Sequence record: MT129652.1
Source: Escherichia phage MN01
Reading direction: 5' to 3' (one strand)
DNA: 64,000 bases
The notes under the pieces are model-generated. The model saw only the letters and a program-made list of their open reading frames with translations, was not told the origin of the DNA and made no database searches. Below are positions 60,238 to 64,000 of the stretch, piece by piece. A program made the position numbers and the translations under genes. Each line of letters opens with the position of its first letter. The stretch's first letter is position 1.

Positions 60238-62472
60238 ATGATTTTAGAAACTGAAAAGGAAACAATCCTTGGTAATGGTGCCAAGGCATCAGCATTCACA
60301 ATCCAGGCATCTCCAAAGGTGTTTAAGATTCTGACCAGCGACCTTTACACAAATAAGGTGCGTGCAGTTGTTCGTGAGCTGATTACCAATATGATTGATG
60401 CTCATATGCTCAATGGCTGTCAGGATAAATTCATTGTCCAAGCTCCTGGTGAACTGGACCCACGTTTTGTGTGTCGTGACTTTGGTCCGGGTATGAGTGA
60501 TTTCCAGATTCGTGGTGATGAAAATACTCCAGGTCTGTATAACAGTTTCTTTGCATCATCCAAGGCTGAATCCAATGATTTTATTGGTGGCTTTGGTCTG
60601 GGTTCTAAATCTCCGTTCAGTTATACAGAGACGTTTAGCCTGATTTCGTATCATGATGGCCAAGTTAATGGTTATGTCGCTTATATGGATGGCGATGGTC
60701 CACAGATTAAGCCGACCTTTAGCGAACCAATGAAACCCGGTGACCGTACGGGGATTGAAGTTGTTGTCCCGGTTGATAGTAATGATTTTGGTAAGTTCCG
60801 CCACGAGATTTCATATATCATGCGCCCATTTGCTGGACTGGCTGAAGTACAAGGCGTAGGCGAAATTAATTACTTCCCGGAATTTGATGATTATTATGCT
60901 CCAGAGCGTATTGATTATAGCAGCCCAGAACGTTATGGTCTTTATGCAATTTACGGTGGAATTGTTTATCCAATTGCCGACGGTTATACAAAGAAAACCT
61001 GGATGACCGCCAAAAATGATGTTGTCTTTATTAAGTTCCCGATGGGTTCGTTGGATATTGCACCTTCTCGCGAAGCATTATCACTGGATAAACGTACGGT
61101 CGCAAATATCGTTGAACGTATTGAATCCCTTGATAAGAAAGTCATGGAAGATGATTGTAAGAAATGGCAGGAATCAGAATGTATCCGCCACACGTATCGC
61201 GAATTACAGAGTCTGAGTTATGAAGCTCGTAATTTTCTGAAAGCTCGTAATGCTGAAACGAAATTTACGAAATCGCAATTGACCTTTAACCAGATGTATG
61301 AAATGTTCGAGCTGGACAAAGACCTTATTAATGCCGGGGTTGTCTATGATATCTATAGCACTACCCGTCTGAAACGTCTGCGTAACTCAAGCTCGAACAC
61401 GAATACTGCAAGCCTGACGAGCATGTTTGGTATTCAGAATAATACCTTGAACATTGTTATTGACGATGCTAAAGGGCGAATTGCGATGATTCGGGGCATC
61501 AGTTCAATGCTGTATGACACCAGCGCGAAAGCCAAAAAGCTCAAAGCATCTGGTAAAGTCCCGACTGTACAAGGTAGTAGTCTATTGTTCGTTGACCCAA
61601 CCAGCGAAATTCAAACACGTCTGATGGTTCAACTTCAAGAACGATTTAAAGGCGATACAGTTAATATCTATCGTACGTCTGAACTGACCGCCCTTGTAAA
61701 AGACTGGATTCCGGTTGCTGACCCGAAAGCGCGCGTTAAGTCAAAGACTCCATCATTGATTCGTTGGACTAAAACTAATGGCAAATGGCAGTCTGTTGAA
61801 GAATTTACATGTGCAGCTGATGCAGAGGAAATCGATGGTTATGCTGTATTCATTAACCGCAGTAGCATTTCCCCGTTGAATCAAGAATATGGCACCACGA
61901 CCTTCGGGACCCAGACATTGTGTAAACTGGCAAACCTGTTGGAAATCAATGAATTCTGTGTTATTCGTCCACAGCTTCAGAAAAAGGTTACCAAGCTGGC
62001 GCAGTGTGATTGTTTGATTGAAGCTGCAGTCAATCGTTATGTGGAATTGATTGATTCAGTTGATGCGGACCAGTACATTGCCGCTTCAAGCCGTTCGCGT
62101 TATTATATTCCTATCCTGTCTGAATATGCGGAACTGAATTTTATGTTCAAGTATTTTTATGCAAAAGATGTTCAGAAAGATGTGAATACTGACTATGCCG
62201 AACTAATGCAGTTCAATAAGTTCTTTGCTTATAACGCATATAACAGTGGAACGGTTGATAAGACCATGCAGGAAACTCTGGTCCTTTGTAATAAGATTTA
62301 TGACGACCTGACCAAAAACGCTTCGGTAACAAGTGATAAAATGGTTTTTGAATTTGAAAAGAATCACCCGATTGTTTCACACTTTTTATATAACCGTAAC
62401 GCCATGTCAACTGAACAAGTACAGAACGTTGCTCAAATCATGAAGGCCGTGGAAGCGGCCAATAAGGAATAA
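60238..62472 (+). CDS. rIIA: RIIA (membrane-associated, GHKL-ATPase-like N-terminus)
   Basis: ETEKETILGNG..SPKVFKILTSDLYTNKVRAVVRELITNMIDAH collinear with T4 RIIA; 744 aa. Confidence 0.96.
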   Translation: MILETEKETILGNGAKASAFTIQASPKVFKILTSDLYTNKVRAVVRELITNMIDAHMLNGCQDKFIVQAPGELDPRFVCRDFGPGMSDFQIRGDENTPGLYNSFFASSKAESNDFIGGFGLGSKSPFSYTETFSLISYHDGQVNGYVAYMDGDGPQIKPTFSEPMKPGDRTGIEVVVPVDSNDFGKFRHEISYIMRPFAGLAEVQGVGEINYFPEFDDYYAPERIDYSSPERYGLYAIYGGIVYPIADGYTKKTWMTAKNDVVFIKFPMGSLDIAPSREALSLDKRTVANIVERIESLDKKVMEDDCKKWQESECIRHTYRELQSLSYEARNFLKARNAETKFTKSQLTFNQMYEMFELDKDLINAGVVYDIYSTTRLKRLRNSSSNTNTASLTSMFGIQNNTLNIVIDDAKGRIAMIRGISSMLYDTSAKAKKLKASGKVPTVQGSSLLFVDPTSEIQTRLMVQLQERFKGDTVNIYRTSELTALVKDWIPVADPKARVKSKTPSLIRWTKTNGKWQSVEEFTCAADAEEIDGYAVFINRSSISPLNQEYGTTTFGTQTLCKLANLLEINEFCVIRPQLQKKVTKLAQCDCLIEAAVNRYVELIDSVDADQYIAASSRSRYYIPILSEYAELNFMFKYFYAKDVQKDVNTDYAELMQFNKFFAYNAYNSGTVDKTMQETLVLCNKIYDDLTKNASVTSDKMVFEFEKNHPIVSHFLYNRNAMSTEQVQNVAQIMKAVEAANKE

Positions 62473-62473
62473 T

Positions 62474-63451
62474 ATGTTTAATATCAAATGTATGTCTAAA
62501 GCCGAACAAGCTGATGTGGTCCAGATGTATTCAACGGGCAATTATACCCAGCCTGAATTGGCAGAATATTTTGCTGTGTCCGTTGACACCATTCGCCGCG
62601 TTTTGAAAAATGATAAAGAATCAAAATTAGCTAGAACCATTTCCGCATCACTGAAAGCAGCTGTTGGTGTGGCGATTAATGCTCCGGTGACAGTAACGGT
62701 TGAAGTCCCGGTTGCTGATACAATCGGCGGTAGCCGCCCGGAAATCGTATGGAACGCATCAAGCAAATTCGTTTCCATCACCGAAGGCCGCACGGTCTGG
62801 AACGCAACAAAAGACCATAAACACTTTGATGATATTATTCAGGCATTGATTGAATTCCGGTATGAAGATGCTATCGAGTTTATCTCTATCAAAGCTGCAG
62901 TGCAAAAATATGTGAAAGGTGATGTGCGTATTGAAGGTGGTAGCCTGTTCTATCAGGGAATTGAACTGCGCTCTGGTTTGGTTACTCGTATCATCGATTC
63001 AATGCAAAATGGCGAAGACTTTGAATTCTATCTGCCATTCCTTGAAAATCTCCTTGAGAACCCGAGTGAGAAAGCTGTACAGCGTTTGTTTGACTTCTTG
63101 GTTGCTAACGATATCGAAATCACCGAAGATGGCCATTTCATCGCCTGGAAAATGGTTCGTTCAACCTACAAAGATTGCCACTCAAATACATTCGACAACA
63201 GCCCTGGTCAATATGTTAAAATGCCGCGCTCTCGTGTGAATGACAATGACGAACAGACCTGTTCAACTGGGCTGCACGTTTGTTCTAAAGGTTATATCGG
63301 AAGTGGCTTTGGTCATGGTGATGGGCGCATCGTATCCTGTAAAGTTCACCCGCGCGATGTTGTAAGCATCCCGGTGGATTATTCCGATAGTAAGATGAGG
63401 GTTTGCGGTTACCTGGTTCTTGAAGATGTGACCGAACGTTTCAATGATTAA
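62474..63451 (+). CDS. rIIB: RIIB
   Basis: MFNIKCMSKAEQA..YSTGNYTQ.ELA..VSVDTIRRVLKN..GLHVCSK matches T4 RIIB. Confidence 0.95.
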   Translation: MFNIKCMSKAEQADVVQMYSTGNYTQPELAEYFAVSVDTIRRVLKNDKESKLARTISASLKAAVGVAINAPVTVTVEVPVADTIGGSRPEIVWNASSKFVSITEGRTVWNATKDHKHFDDIIQALIEFRYEDAIEFISIKAAVQKYVKGDVRIEGGSLFYQGIELRSGLVTRIIDSMQNGEDFEFYLPFLENLLENPSEKAVQRLFDFLVANDIEITEDGHFIAWKMVRSTYKDCHSNTFDNSPGQYVKMPRSRVNDNDEQTCSTGLHVCSKGYIGSGFGHGDGRIVSCKVHPRDVVSIPVDYSDSKMRVCGYLVLEDVTERFND

Positions 63452-63935
63452 ACAAACAATTGCTAAAGATGGCTCGGCTCGTGGTATTGTCCACGGGCTA
63501 GGTCACACGCCTGAATACATTGTATGGATTGGCATGAAAGCTCGGTGTTGCAATCCAACACATATTAGTTATTCTCGATATGGCGGTCGGGGTATCACTG
63601 TTTGCGATGAATGGCTGCATGATTTTGAAAGATTTTATACAGATATGGGGCCACGACCCACTGACAAACATCAACTTGACCGAACAGATAACGATAAAGG
63701 GTACTCTCCCGATAACTGCAGATGGGTTAGTCCAGGCGAGAATGCTTTAAATAAGCGCCCGTATAATAACAACAAGTCTGGATTTAAAGGAGTCTCGTTT
63801 GATAAACGAGCTTTGAATAAACCATGGCGAGCCACTATTATGCGAAATAAAAAACAAATTCAAGTCGGAGCTTTTGCAACTCCAGAAGAAGCAAATGAAG
63901 CTCGATTAAAATATATGGAAGAACACAATGTCTAA
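63444..63935 (+). mobile_element. AP2-domain HNH-like homing endonuclease
   Basis: EYIVWIGMKARC..YGGRGITVCDEW..LDRTDNDKGYSPDNCRW plus C-terminal AP2-like GFKGVS..W.A.I...K....G.F.T.EEA. Confidence 0.7.
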
Positions 63936-64000
63936 AGAAATGTTAGGTTTCCAAGCACGTGTAGTTGAAGAATATGACCAGCTGGTTTTGAAAATCAATG
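63928..64000 (+). CDS. 3'-truncated hypothetical protein
   Basis: ATG 63928 overlaps the upstream stop; runs off the window. Confidence 0.4.
   Translation, partial: MSKEMLGFQARVVEEYDQLVLKIN

Overview
This window is the early/middle arm (replication, recombination, host takeover) of a T4-like myovirus of the Straboviridae/Tevenvirinae type. About 145 tightly packed genes are present and all but three are on the + strand. Gene order follows T4 transcription order: e.x-type small ORFs, nudE, e (lysozyme), internal proteins, denV, regB, tk, rI, nrdC, 49, 55, 47, 46, an antisense HNH homing endonuclease, rpbA, 45, 44, 62, regA, 43, imm, uvsX, 40, 41, dmd, sp, 61, 56, soc, two Mod-type ADP-ribosyltransferases, dda, dexA, 39 (39 and 60 fused), rIIA, rIIB, and an AP2-HNH endonuclease. 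Gene identities come from my recollection of T4 protein sequences, motifs and synteny; no searches were run. Many six-frame ORF starts were trimmed to ATG/GTG codons that sit behind SD sequences or overlap the upstream stop (ATGA/TAATG), and about 25 ORFs under 60 aa were added by eye. Regulatory signals read from the sequence: about 21 sigma70-type early promoters (mostly TGTACA-N17-TATAAT-like), 7 MotA-box middle promoters, 4 exact TATAAATA late promoters, and about 12 GC-hairpin terminators. No tRNA, rRNA or CRISPR was seen. The best candidates for something new are:
- a tandem family ending in W-x-x-S-S-x-x-Cys-stop (3-949);
- four promoter-separated early proteins that share a C-terminal coiled-coil tail (16224-19912);
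- an anti-defence islet with a minimal ART-like protein abutting dmd (42486-43969);
- a late-promoter 55-aa ORF with a capsid-targeting-like N-terminus (44991-45158);
- an antisense pair of paralogous small membrane proteins in the interval between genes 61 and 56 (46216-46622);
- a shuffled ~80-aa module family between dexA and 39;
- several recent repeats or duplications (15570/16158, 27677-27771, 49552-49593, 53618-53697).
Genes 42, beta-gt and alpha-gt are absent from their T4 slots, although gene 56 is present.
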